This document shows, in pieces, positions 50,932 through 59,480 of a stretch of DNA of 64,000 nucleotides. The stretch lies in the NCBI GenBank assembly GCA_963676565.1, contig OY781089.1, positions 1,504,001-1,568,000 on the forward strand. Reading direction: 5' to 3'. Made by a program: the position numbers and the translations under genes. Every line of letters starts with the position of its first letter. Position 1 is the first letter of the stretch. The stretch comes from Halarcobacter sp. GTDB lineage: Bacteria > Campylobacterota > Campylobacteria > Campylobacterales > Arcobacteraceae. The notes under the pieces are model-generated. The model worked only from the letters and a program-made list of their open reading frames with translations, searched no databases and was not told the origin of the DNA.

Positions 50932-51014
50932 TATGTTTTTAAATGATTTGGTGAAAACTTATTAAATAGTTTTTTGACTAATTTTGTACTAAATAGTACC
51001 ATAAAGGAAAAGTT

Positions 51015-51575
51015 ATGAAAAATATTCTAGTTATTGTTGCAAATCCAAAGAAAAATAGTTTATCATTTGCCATTGCAAATAGAGTAAAGAAAGTAAATGA
51101 AGATGTTAAAAATAATGTTGAGATTTTAGATTTATATAAAGATGAAAAAAGACAAGACTTTTTTACATATGAGAAAGATGGATTTCACTTTGAACCAACG
51201 AAAGAGATGCTTTATTATCAAGAAAAGATAAAAAATGCTGATGAGATAGCAATTGTTTTTCCCTATTGGTGGGGAAGTATGCCTGCAATATTAAAAAACT
51301 TTTTTGATTGGAATCTTTCTGCTGGCTTTGCATATACATATGAAAATGGAATGCCAAAAGGGCTTTTAAAAGGTAAAGATGTAAAAATATATACTACAAC
51401 AGGAGCTCCTAAATTTCTTTATTTTTTTAATGGAGCAAATAGAAGACTTAAAAAAATGTTCAAAAACCAAATTATAGAGTTTTGTGCTATGAATTTAAAA
51501 GAATTTAATATTTTTGGTGGAATTGATAGTGGTTTTAAAGGTGCAGAAAAAATTCTTGATAGTATAAAGGCTTAG
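51015..51575 (+). CDS. flavodoxin-fold NAD(P)H dehydrogenase (quinone)
   Basis: ANPKKNSLS, DLY, FPYWWGSMPAILKNFFD, TTTG. Confidence 0.9.
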   Translation: MKNILVIVANPKKNSLSFAIANRVKKVNEDVKNNVEILDLYKDEKRQDFFTYEKDGFHFEPTKEMLYYQEKIKNADEIAIVFPYWWGSMPAILKNFFDWNLSAGFAYTYENGMPKGLLKGKDVKIYTTTGAPKFLYFFNGANRRLKKMFKNQIIEFCAMNLKEFNIFGGIDSGFKGAEKILDSIKA

Positions 51576-51583
51576 AAATTTAA

Positions 51584-53572
51584 TTAATCTAGATAATCAA
51601 ATAGATTAGAAGGAGCCTTTTCTTTGAAAGGAGAAATTAACTTATAGGCTTCTTTTATATACCAATCATAGTTTAGATTTTTAAAATCAAAATCTTTACT
51701 ATCGTTGCAAATACTAACTAGAAAACCTACATTTATACCTATGATTCTTTCTTCAGTATCATTTTTTAAAGGAGGTAAGGTTTTCTTTAATGCTTTACCA
51801 TTTGTTGAAATATAGTATCTTATTGTATTTTGTAAACTTATGTACTCTTTTTTTGTTTTGCTATTTTCTTCTAAAACAAGTTTTATACCTCTTGTAGCTT
51901 TATAATTTAACATAAAATCAAATGGGTCTTTATGATTTAAAATAGTTTCTTCAATAGGAATATTTTTTATCAAAAATGCTTCAACTGCTTTTTGAACCAC
52001 CAAACTTGAATGGTTTTGATGCCATTCAAGGCTATCTTTATAAGCCCCAATTTTTTTAACACCACCATCTTTTTTTAGGGCAATATAATTGTTTACATCT
52101 CTAATCCAAATTTTCTCATAAAAACTTTCTTCTAAAACCATACCTGTAATATCTTCCCACTCTTTTAAGATACTAAAGAAAAGTTCTTTTTCTTTTCTAG
52201 GTACTTTTAAAGTTAGACCATCTGTATTTGCTTGGATTAGAAGAATTGAATCAATCTTAAGTTTTAGCATTTCAGATAGTAAACAAAGCATCAATTGACC
52301 ATTTAAAGTAATAGTTATAGTCATTTTATAATCATAAAATGGGCTAAACTTGTTATTTGTATCTCCATAACCTGCAGAGTTTAATGCAAGTTTTAACATC
52401 TTGTTTTGTGGCATGCTTTTATCATATGAAAATCTTAGTTTTCTAATCTCATCATAAATATCTGCAAACTCCTCTCCTAAGTGTTCTGGATAAAGTCTAT
52501 TTTTTACAACAATACTTGGATAATAACTTGCAACATCAACATCAATGATTTCAAACTCTTCATCACTTTGTAAAAAGCAACTTTCCAAGCTTCCATGTAA
52601 ACCACCCGTTCCAATATCAACTCTAAAATTATCAAAAAATACATGTAAACTTGAGGCTTTGCCATTTTTATTTATGTGAATATAGTCTGCTAATTCTCCT
52701 AAGTTCTCTTTTGGAATATTTGAAAAAACCATTGACATATCATTTGTATATTGCTTTTTTAAATATTCAAGTAAAGCTTGTAATTGAGGTGTTTGAAATT
52801 TTATATAAGAAAATATGATTTGTGAAAAATCAAGATAGTTTCTAATTGTTTGTCTAGGTTTTCCGTCTTTGTAGCAAATATCCTTTCCAAGTTTATCTTC
52901 AAGGTTTCTAATAAAGTATCTTTTACCTATTTTTGTATCACTATAGTTCATCATATTTTCATTAAATTCTAAACTTAGCTTTTCTCTAAAACCTATGGCA
53001 TCCTTTGAATGATTAAAAAATTTAGTAGTTGCTTTTACATCGTGGATATTGTAAGCTATAAGAGTATCAAAATCTTTGCTTTGAAGTTTAGTTCCAGGTG
53101 GAAAGGGCAAGTCTTCAATATTTTCCATTCGCATGTTTATCTCTAACATTTTTAAACTAACCATAGTAGCTCTATAATCAAAATTATGAACTTTCATTAG
53201 ATCTACTTGATTTAGGATTATACTTTTTTTATCTTCTATGTAGTTTTTATTTTCTTTGATTAATTTGTTCGCATAATTATAAATCTCATAAGTGATTTTT
53301 TCTTCAGCATTTTTTTCTTTCTCTAGATTTTGAAAATTTGAGCTATAAATAAATTGTAAAATAGGGTAGTCAAAATTTAAATTGTTATAACCAACTAAGG
53401 CTTTATCATTTTTATTTAGCCAAAGAAGAGTTTGCAATAGTTTATTTAAATCATTTTTCCTTGAACTTATTTCAAATACTCTTGTTTCACCACTTTGAAT
53501 ATTTTGAATAACACAGGTGAAAATATTTGGATAAGTTTCTAAATCATATGAATAATATCTATTTTCAATCAA
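51584..53572 (-). CDS. phage-type family B DNA polymerase with 3'-5' exonuclease
   Basis: ExoI YDLET, ExoII GYNNLNFD, ExoIII YNIHD; GGLHG; motif A DVASYYP, B KLALNSAGYG, C ANTDG; RDVNNY. Confidence 0.88.
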   Translation of the reverse strand: MIENRYYSYDLETYPNIFTCVIQNIQSGETRVFEISSRKNDLNKLLQTLLWLNKNDKALVGYNNLNFDYPILQFIYSSNFQNLEKEKNAEEKITYEIYNYANKLIKENKNYIEDKKSIILNQVDLMKVHNFDYRATMVSLKMLEINMRMENIEDLPFPPGTKLQSKDFDTLIAYNIHDVKATTKFFNHSKDAIGFREKLSLEFNENMMNYSDTKIGKRYFIRNLEDKLGKDICYKDGKPRQTIRNYLDFSQIIFSYIKFQTPQLQALLEYLKKQYTNDMSMVFSNIPKENLGELADYIHINKNGKASSLHVFFDNFRVDIGTGGLHGSLESCFLQSDEEFEIIDVDVASYYPSIVVKNRLYPEHLGEEFADIYDEIRKLRFSYDKSMPQNKMLKLALNSAGYGDTNNKFSPFYDYKMTITITLNGQLMLCLLSEMLKLKIDSILLIQANTDGLTLKVPRKEKELFFSILKEWEDITGMVLEESFYEKIWIRDVNNYIALKKDGGVKKIGAYKDSLEWHQNHSSLVVQKAVEAFLIKNIPIEETILNHKDPFDFMLNYKATRGIKLVLEENSKTKKEYISLQNTIRYYISTNGKALKKTLPPLKNDTEERIIGINVGFLVSICNDSKDFDFKNLNYDWYIKEAYKLISPFKEKAPSNLFDYLD

Positions 53573-54467
53573 TCTTTGATTTTCCTTTTTTTCTTTTTAT
53601 ACTACTTATTAACCCTGAAATTATAACAAGAAATAAACCTACAAAATATATTGTTAAAATTGGTTCATCAAAGAATATTATCAGAAAAAATGCTGATAAA
53701 ATAGGTGTTATAAATATAAAAGGTGCTACCTTTGAAGCATCAAAGGTTTTTAAAGCTTTTACCCAAAATAAATATGAAACACCATTTAAAAATGCACCAT
53801 TGATTAAAATACTTATCCAATCTTTAGCAGAAGGTAAAGTAAATTCTGAGAAAGATTGAACACTAATTATTGAGTAGATTATGGCAGAGAAAAAGTAAAT
53901 CATAACTGCATTAGTAGCATTAACTTTTACAATTTTACTTAATACAGAAAATAGTGCAAAAGAAATTGCCCCAAGCATCACGATTAGTAAAACATCAATT
54001 TGCCCAAAGTCTAAACTTGTAAAGTCACCTTTTGTAATTACTAAGCTAACTCCTAAAAAACCTAATACTACTGAGAGTATTTTTTTCTTTGTGAACTCTT
54101 CTTTTAATATAATTAAAGATAAAAAAACAATAAATATAGGCCACATATATTGTATAACCAAAACCTCTAAACCATTTGCATGTTTATATCCAAAGTATAA
54201 AAGTAAGTAGTAAAAGAAATCTAAGAACCCTAAAGCAAATAAAACTAAAACAATTTTTTTTGAGTAATAATATATCTCTTTTAAATTTTTTTCAAACAAA
54301 GATACTATAAGAATTGAAAGAAAAGAGATAATAGATGAATAAAAAAGGTATTGGTGATGATCTAAACCAGTTTGTGCGAATTTTGCAACAGTTGGAATTA
54401 GTGACCAAAGAAGAATACATAAAGCAATATAAATTATACCAATAGTTGATTCACTAAGATTTTTCAT
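53565..54467 (-). CDS. EamA/DMT family transporter
   Basis: LLWSL, QYMWP, two EamA repeats, 10 TM. Confidence 0.85.
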   Translation of the reverse strand: MKNLSESTIGIIYIALCILLWSLIPTVAKFAQTGLDHHQYLFYSSIISFLSILIVSLFEKNLKEIYYYSKKIVLVLFALGFLDFFYYLLLYFGYKHANGLEVLVIQYMWPIFIVFLSLIILKEEFTKKKILSVVLGFLGVSLVITKGDFTSLDFGQIDVLLIVMLGAISFALFSVLSKIVKVNATNAVMIYFFSAIIYSIISVQSFSEFTLPSAKDWISILINGAFLNGVSYLFWVKALKTFDASKVAPFIFITPILSAFFLIIFFDEPILTIYFVGLFLVIISGLISSIKRKKGKSKID

Positions 54468-54635
54468 TAACGTCCCCTAAAATAAACCGTAAGTGTATCT
54501 ATTCTTTGTTTATGTTTTAAAAATTAATATATAAGTTAAATGAAAAACTATCTAATAATTTTTATTTCTAATTAAAATAAACTTGGATAAATTAAAATTG
54601 AAGGACTAATTTGCTCATTTAAAGGGGAGATAATT

Positions 54636-55124
54636 ATGCTTTCTTTATTATATTTACATCTTATCGCTTCTTTAATAATTTTTTTAAATCTATTAATTTT
54701 TAGTAGAAATGAATCAAATGATTTAGGTACCAAATATTTTTTAATCAATTACATCTATCACAAACATAAAAATCTAAGTTGTTTTATAATCTCTTTTCCC
54801 TTTTTAATTATCTTAATTTATTTTCTTTTAGAAGATGTGATTTTAATTGGAACTTTTTTCATATCAGTTTTATATACATATTTTTTATATGAAATTATTT
54901 CTAAAAAAAATATAGATAAAAGGGAAGCATATATTGCATGGTATAAACAAAATGTACAACATAGTCTTTCTATGCATGCTTATGATGTATTGAAAAAAGA
55001 TTATACATTTTTAAATGAAAGGATAAGTAGAATATTTTTATTTAAATTTGAAATTATCTTTTTTGTTTGTTTAGTGATTGAAAGTGAAGTTGTTTATGAA
55101 GTCTTAACTTTATTTACAAAATAA
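54636..55124 (+). CDS. hypothetical membrane protein
   Basis: 162 aa, 3-4 hydrophobic segments, AGGGGAG SD. Confidence 0.6.
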   Translation: MLSLLYLHLIASLIIFLNLLIFSRNESNDLGTKYFLINYIYHKHKNLSCFIISFPFLIILIYFLLEDVILIGTFFISVLYTYFLYEIISKKNIDKREAYIAWYKQNVQHSLSMHAYDVLKKDYTFLNERISRIFLFKFEIIFFVCLVIESEVVYEVLTLFTK

Positions 55125-55196
55125 AATTAGTGAATACTTAATTGTGAAATTTTAAAACTAATTAGTATAATACTTTTTAAATATTAAGGAGTATTA

Positions 55197-55799
55197 ATGG
55201 ATTATGAAAAATATGCAGAGTTTTCACCATGTGATTATGCTGGACCTTTGAAAAGAGAAAGTTTTATGGACGCAGGAATTAAAGAATTATGGCCTAGAAT
55301 TCCAAGAATTAGTGGACCAGCTTTTACTGTAGAAATGGTTGGTGGTGAAAATTTAAGTTTACATAGAGCAATTTATGAAGCTCCTGAGGGTTCAATTATT
55401 GTTGCACAATCAAATACAATGGATTACGCAGTCATAGGTGGAAATGTAGCTTTAATTGCCAAAAAAAGAGGAATTAAAGGTTTTGTTATAGATGGTTTAG
55501 TTCGAGATATTGGTGAGATAAGAGAAAATAAAGTGTCAATATTTGGAAGAGGTGTAATACCAATGCCTGGAGGCAAAAAAAATGCTGTACCAGTAAATAT
55601 CCCTATTATTGCTGGAGGAATTTCTGTAAACCCTGGGGATATTATTGTTGCTGATGAAGAAGGAGTTGCTGTTATTCCAAAAGATAATGCTGAAGAGATT
55701 TATTATCAGACCAAAACAAATGTTGAAAAAGAAAAAGAGCTGAGTTTTGAACAATGGGCAGATAATCATAAAGAAAAAATCGATTCTTTTTATAGTTAA
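55197..55799 (+). CDS. RraA family / HMG aldolase-like protein
   Basis: GPAFTV, AVIGG, VIDGLVRD, VNPGDIIVADEEGV. Confidence 0.9.
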   Translation: MDYEKYAEFSPCDYAGPLKRESFMDAGIKELWPRIPRISGPAFTVEMVGGENLSLHRAIYEAPEGSIIVAQSNTMDYAVIGGNVALIAKKRGIKGFVIDGLVRDIGEIRENKVSIFGRGVIPMPGGKKNAVPVNIPIIAGGISVNPGDIIVADEEGVAVIPKDNAEEIYYQTKTNVEKEKELSFEQWADNHKEKIDSFYS

Positions 55800-55800
55800 C

Positions 55801-55882
55801 TGTCAAGAAAGTGTCAATAAATAATGTATGATAGTATTTACAAATATAATGTATAATTTGACATTTTAAAATAAAATTTACA
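55801..55882 (+). promoter_or_regulatory. putative response-regulator direct repeats upstream of nhaA-RR-HK
   Basis: TGTCAA-N5-TGTCAA (55801/55812, 11-bp period) plus TTTACA/TTGACA half-sites at 55837, 55858, 55877. Confidence 0.5.
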
Positions 55883-55902
55883 ATTTTTCTGGGAGATAAA
55901 AA

Positions 55903-57249
55903 ATGAAACTTTATGCACCTTGGGAAAAAGCCTTTAAAAAAGTATCTACACCTTTTGAAGAGTTTTTACATGCCCAAACAACAACAGGACTAATTTTAAT
56001 ATTAATGACCGTTGTAGCTTTAATTTTAGCTAATTCACCTTTATATGAAACATACTCGCATTTTTTTCATATGTATATTGACTTAAATGTTGGTTCGTGG
56101 AAACTATCTCATAGTTTACATCACTGGATAAATGATGGACTTATGGCGATATTCTTCTTTTTAATTGGATTAGAGATAAAAAGAGAGATAACAGCTGGTG
56201 AGTTATCAAATATAAAAGTTGCAATGCTTCCAATTTTAGCTGCAATTGGAGGAATGGTTTTCCCTGCTCTTATTTATACAAGTTTAAATTATGGAACAGC
56301 AGGTGCAGGTGGTTGGGGTATCCCAATGGCTACAGATATTGCCTTTGCAATTAGTGCTTTAGTATTACTTGGTAAAAGAGTTCCAACAGCACTTGTAACT
56401 TTTTTAGTAGCTTTAGCTATCGTAGATGATTTAGGAGCAGTTATTGTTATTGCTTTATTTTATACGGAAACGATTAATTTAATGCCACTTGGATTAGCAG
56501 GTTTAATGTTTTTAGTTATGATTACATTTAATAGATTTGGTATTCACATGATTTTACCATATTTTATTGTTGGATTATTTATGTGGTTCTTTATGCTTGA
56601 ATCAGGAGTTCATGCAACTATTGCCGGAGTTTTAGCCGCATTAGCAATTCCATCAACTCCAAAAAGAGTTCCAGCAACTCTTGCTAAAGATACAAGAAAA
56701 CTTTTAGATGAATATGAAAATTATCCAGTAAAAGATACTCTTGAATTACATGAAAAACAAAAAAAGATTTTAACAAATATTCAAGATAAAATTGATGAGG
56801 TAGGAACACCAGCATCAAGATTAGAACATGGACTTCATTTACCAGTTGCTTTATTAGTTATACCTATTTTTGCCCTTGCAAATGCTGGAATTAAAATCGA
56901 CTTCTCATCAATTGGTGAAACAATTTTAGAGCCTGTTTCATTAGGAATAATTGGTGGTCTTATACTTGGAAAAGTTATAGGGATTTTTGGAGTTTCATGG
57001 CTTGCTGTTAAAATGAAAATTGCACAGCTTCCAAAAGGAAGTAGTTTTAGTCAAGTATTTGGAGTAGCCTTTTTAGGTGGTATTGGATTTACAATGTCGA
57101 TATTTGTTGCTGATTTAGCATTTGTTGGAAATGAAGATTTTATTTTCCAAGCTAAGATTGGAATTTTAAGTGCTTCATTATTTTCAGGGCTATTTGGATA
57201 TTTTTGGTTAAAATCAGTTTCTAAAATTAAGGAAACTAGTGAAAAATAA
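55903..57249 (+). CDS. nhaA: Na+/H+ antiporter NhaA (paralog 2)
   Basis: WINDGLMAIFF, PMATDIAF, LAIVDDLGA, GIGFTMS. Confidence 0.95.
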   Translation: MKLYAPWEKAFKKVSTPFEEFLHAQTTTGLILILMTVVALILANSPLYETYSHFFHMYIDLNVGSWKLSHSLHHWINDGLMAIFFFLIGLEIKREITAGELSNIKVAMLPILAAIGGMVFPALIYTSLNYGTAGAGGWGIPMATDIAFAISALVLLGKRVPTALVTFLVALAIVDDLGAVIVIALFYTETINLMPLGLAGLMFLVMITFNRFGIHMILPYFIVGLFMWFFMLESGVHATIAGVLAALAIPSTPKRVPATLAKDTRKLLDEYENYPVKDTLELHEKQKKILTNIQDKIDEVGTPASRLEHGLHLPVALLVIPIFALANAGIKIDFSSIGETILEPVSLGIIGGLILGKVIGIFGVSWLAVKMKIAQLPKGSSFSQVFGVAFLGGIGFTMSIFVADLAFVGNEDFIFQAKIGILSASLFSGLFGYFWLKSVSKIKETSEK

Positions 57250-57919
57250 AAATGTCTTACTAATCGAAGATAATATTGAGTTACAAAATCTTATAAGTAC
57301 TTTTTTAAAGTCTTATAATTACGATTGTTTTGTATATTCACAACCTTTGGAAGCATTAGAAGAGTTTAGAAATGAAAGTTCAAAATATGCTATTGTTATT
57401 TTAGATTTAGGTCTTCCTGGAATGGATGGCTTTGATCTATTTAAAAAATTAAAAGAGATAAAAAATATACCAATTATCATCTCAACAGCTAGGGATGATA
57501 TTGGTAATAAAATTCATGGTTTTGAACTTGGAGCTGATGACTATTTATCTAAACCTTACGAACCTAGAGAATTAGTTCTTAGAATTGATGCAACTTTAAA
57601 AAGATATACAGATGATGATAAAATAAAAATCAATGAGTTATTTATTGATTTAGATAAAAAAACAGTTTTTTTAGATGAACATCAAATTGAGTTTACAAAA
57701 ATAGAATCTGAAATATTTTTTATGTTTTTAAATAATATCAATAAAGTTGTATCAAGGGAAGATATTTTAAATCAAACCAGTCTAAAAAAAGATACAAAAA
57801 ATAGAACAATAGATATGCATGTGAGTAATATTAGATTTAAAATAAATGATGACTCAAAGGATGCAAAATATATAAAATCAGTTTGGGGAATTGGGTATAA
57901 ATTTATAAATGACAATTAG
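57239..57919 (+). CDS. OmpR-family response regulator
   Basis: IEDN, LDLGLPGMDG, GADDYLSKPY, RTIDMHVSNIR, VWGIGY. Confidence 0.95.
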   Translation: MKNKNVLLIEDNIELQNLISTFLKSYNYDCFVYSQPLEALEEFRNESSKYAIVILDLGLPGMDGFDLFKKLKEIKNIPIIISTARDDIGNKIHGFELGADDYLSKPYEPRELVLRIDATLKRYTDDDKIKINELFIDLDKKTVFLDEHQIEFTKIESEIFFMFLNNINKVVSREDILNQTSLKKDTKNRTIDMHVSNIRFKINDDSKDAKYIKSVWGIGYKFINDN

Positions 57920-59291
57920 ACAAAAACTTATTATCTCTTTTTCTTTAATCTTACTTATTACAATATTTATTATTGGCGTATTTTTTTATTCAATTTACAA
58001 TTTAAACGAAGTTCATATGGCTCAAAAACATAGATACGATCAAATTAGACGGGTAGAGCGTTTGAAAGAGTATAATCACTCTTTTTCATGGATTGTTCTT
58101 GATATTGTTACAGATTATGAAAAAATAAATATTGTAAAAAAAAGACTTAATAAGGCAAATGAACTTTTTGAAAGTTTGTTGTTGAAAAAAGAGATAACAA
58201 TTGAGAATTCAGAGTCTATATCGGAAAAAGAAAATTTAAAGTTATTGTTTTTACATTTTGAAAATTTATATAAATCAATAAGAGACGAACTTCATGCAAT
58301 TGTTTTAACCACAAAAGATAAAGAGGATTTAAAAAACTTTAGTGATAAGTTTGATGTTTTAAGTACCAAAGCAGAAAAACTTTTAATTGATGAAATTAGT
58401 TATTTACAAAATGAATTAGATAAAACAGAAATACAAAGAAATGAATTTATAAATACAATTAAAATAGAAGTTGTAGCTTTATTATGTATAGCTTTTTTAT
58501 TCTCTTTTCTAATCTCAACAAAAATTATGAATGAGATTAAAGTGATGCTTAATAAATTGAATAATGGGGTTCTTCAGCTTTTTAGGGATGATGAAAACTC
58601 TATTAAAATTGATATTGGGAAAAATAATGAACTAAGTGAAATTACAGATAACCTAAATTCGTACCTTGAAAAACAAGATGATATTATTCACTCTAGAGAA
58701 GAGCTTTTAAGAAATATTAGTCATGAATTAAAAACTCCAATAACAAAGGGTAAATTTTTATTAGAAAATTTTAAAAATAAACTTGATAAAGATGAATTAA
58801 CTGATGTAAATAGTGTCTTTGTTGATATTGAGGAGCTTACAAGTAAACTTCTTCAAAGGGAAAAACTCAACTTTGTTACATTAAATCTTGAAGAGTTTAA
58901 AGTAACAAGTTTAATTCTAGAATCTTTATCAAAACTCTCAATTGATGATGAATCTAAAATCTTTTTGGATGTGGAAAATGATTTTAAAATAAAAGGTGAT
59001 AAATACTACTTAACAATAGTTTTAAAGAATTTAATTGATAATGCAATGAAATATGCAACTAGTTATCCTATTAAAATTGAAACTTCAAGTAATAAAATTG
59101 TTGTGGAAAATATTGGTAAAAAGTTAGCTAATGACTTGATTTATTATACTAAACCTTTTACAAGAGACCCAAATCAACAAATTGGTCATGGACTTGGTTT
59201 AAATATTGTAAATAAAATTATAAAAATGCATGATTTTAAATTAGAATATACACATAAAAACTTTTCAAATATTTTTTCAATTCACTTTTAA
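57909..59291 (+). CDS. HAMP-containing sensor histidine kinase
   Basis: Two TM, ISHELKTP, NLIDNAMKY, GHGLGL. Confidence 0.92.
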   Translation: MTIRQKLIISFSLILLITIFIIGVFFYSIYNLNEVHMAQKHRYDQIRRVERLKEYNHSFSWIVLDIVTDYEKINIVKKRLNKANELFESLLLKKEITIENSESISEKENLKLLFLHFENLYKSIRDELHAIVLTTKDKEDLKNFSDKFDVLSTKAEKLLIDEISYLQNELDKTEIQRNEFINTIKIEVVALLCIAFLFSFLISTKIMNEIKVMLNKLNNGVLQLFRDDENSIKIDIGKNNELSEITDNLNSYLEKQDDIIHSREELLRNISHELKTPITKGKFLLENFKNKLDKDELTDVNSVFVDIEELTSKLLQREKLNFVTLNLEEFKVTSLILESLSKLSIDDESKIFLDVENDFKIKGDKYYLTIVLKNLIDNAMKYATSYPIKIETSSNKIVVENIGKKLANDLIYYTKPFTRDPNQQIGHGLGLNIVNKIIKMHDFKLEYTHKNFSNIFSIHF

Positions 59292-59380
59292 ATTTTGTCA
59301 ATAAAATGTAAAGAGTTATTACATTTTGAAATTGACATAAAACTTATATAATTATTTAAACAATTATAAAAGGATAAATT

Positions 59381-59458
59381 ATGGAAATGGTAAGAAATTT
59401 AATTTTATTTGTTGTAATCTCTTTTGCAGCAATCGGATTTATTAGTACAAGTTTTTAG
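59381..59458 (+). CDS. unannotated 25-aa single-TM small protein
   Basis: MEMVRNLILFVVISFAAIGFISTSF*; AAGGA SD 6 nt upstream; TATAAT at 59347. Confidence 0.65.
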   Translation: MEMVRNLILFVVISFAAIGFISTSF

Positions 59459-59480
59459 ACTCTTTTATAGAGGAAAAAGT

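Noticed and set aside
49218..55200. Prophage or pipolin-like element around the DNA polymerase
   Set aside because: No integrase, capsid, terminase or att repeats seen; neighbours are ordinary host genes
55800..55902. nhaA-I/II riboswitch upstream of nhaA
   Set aside because: Region is extremely AT-rich with no GC-rich conserved core or stems
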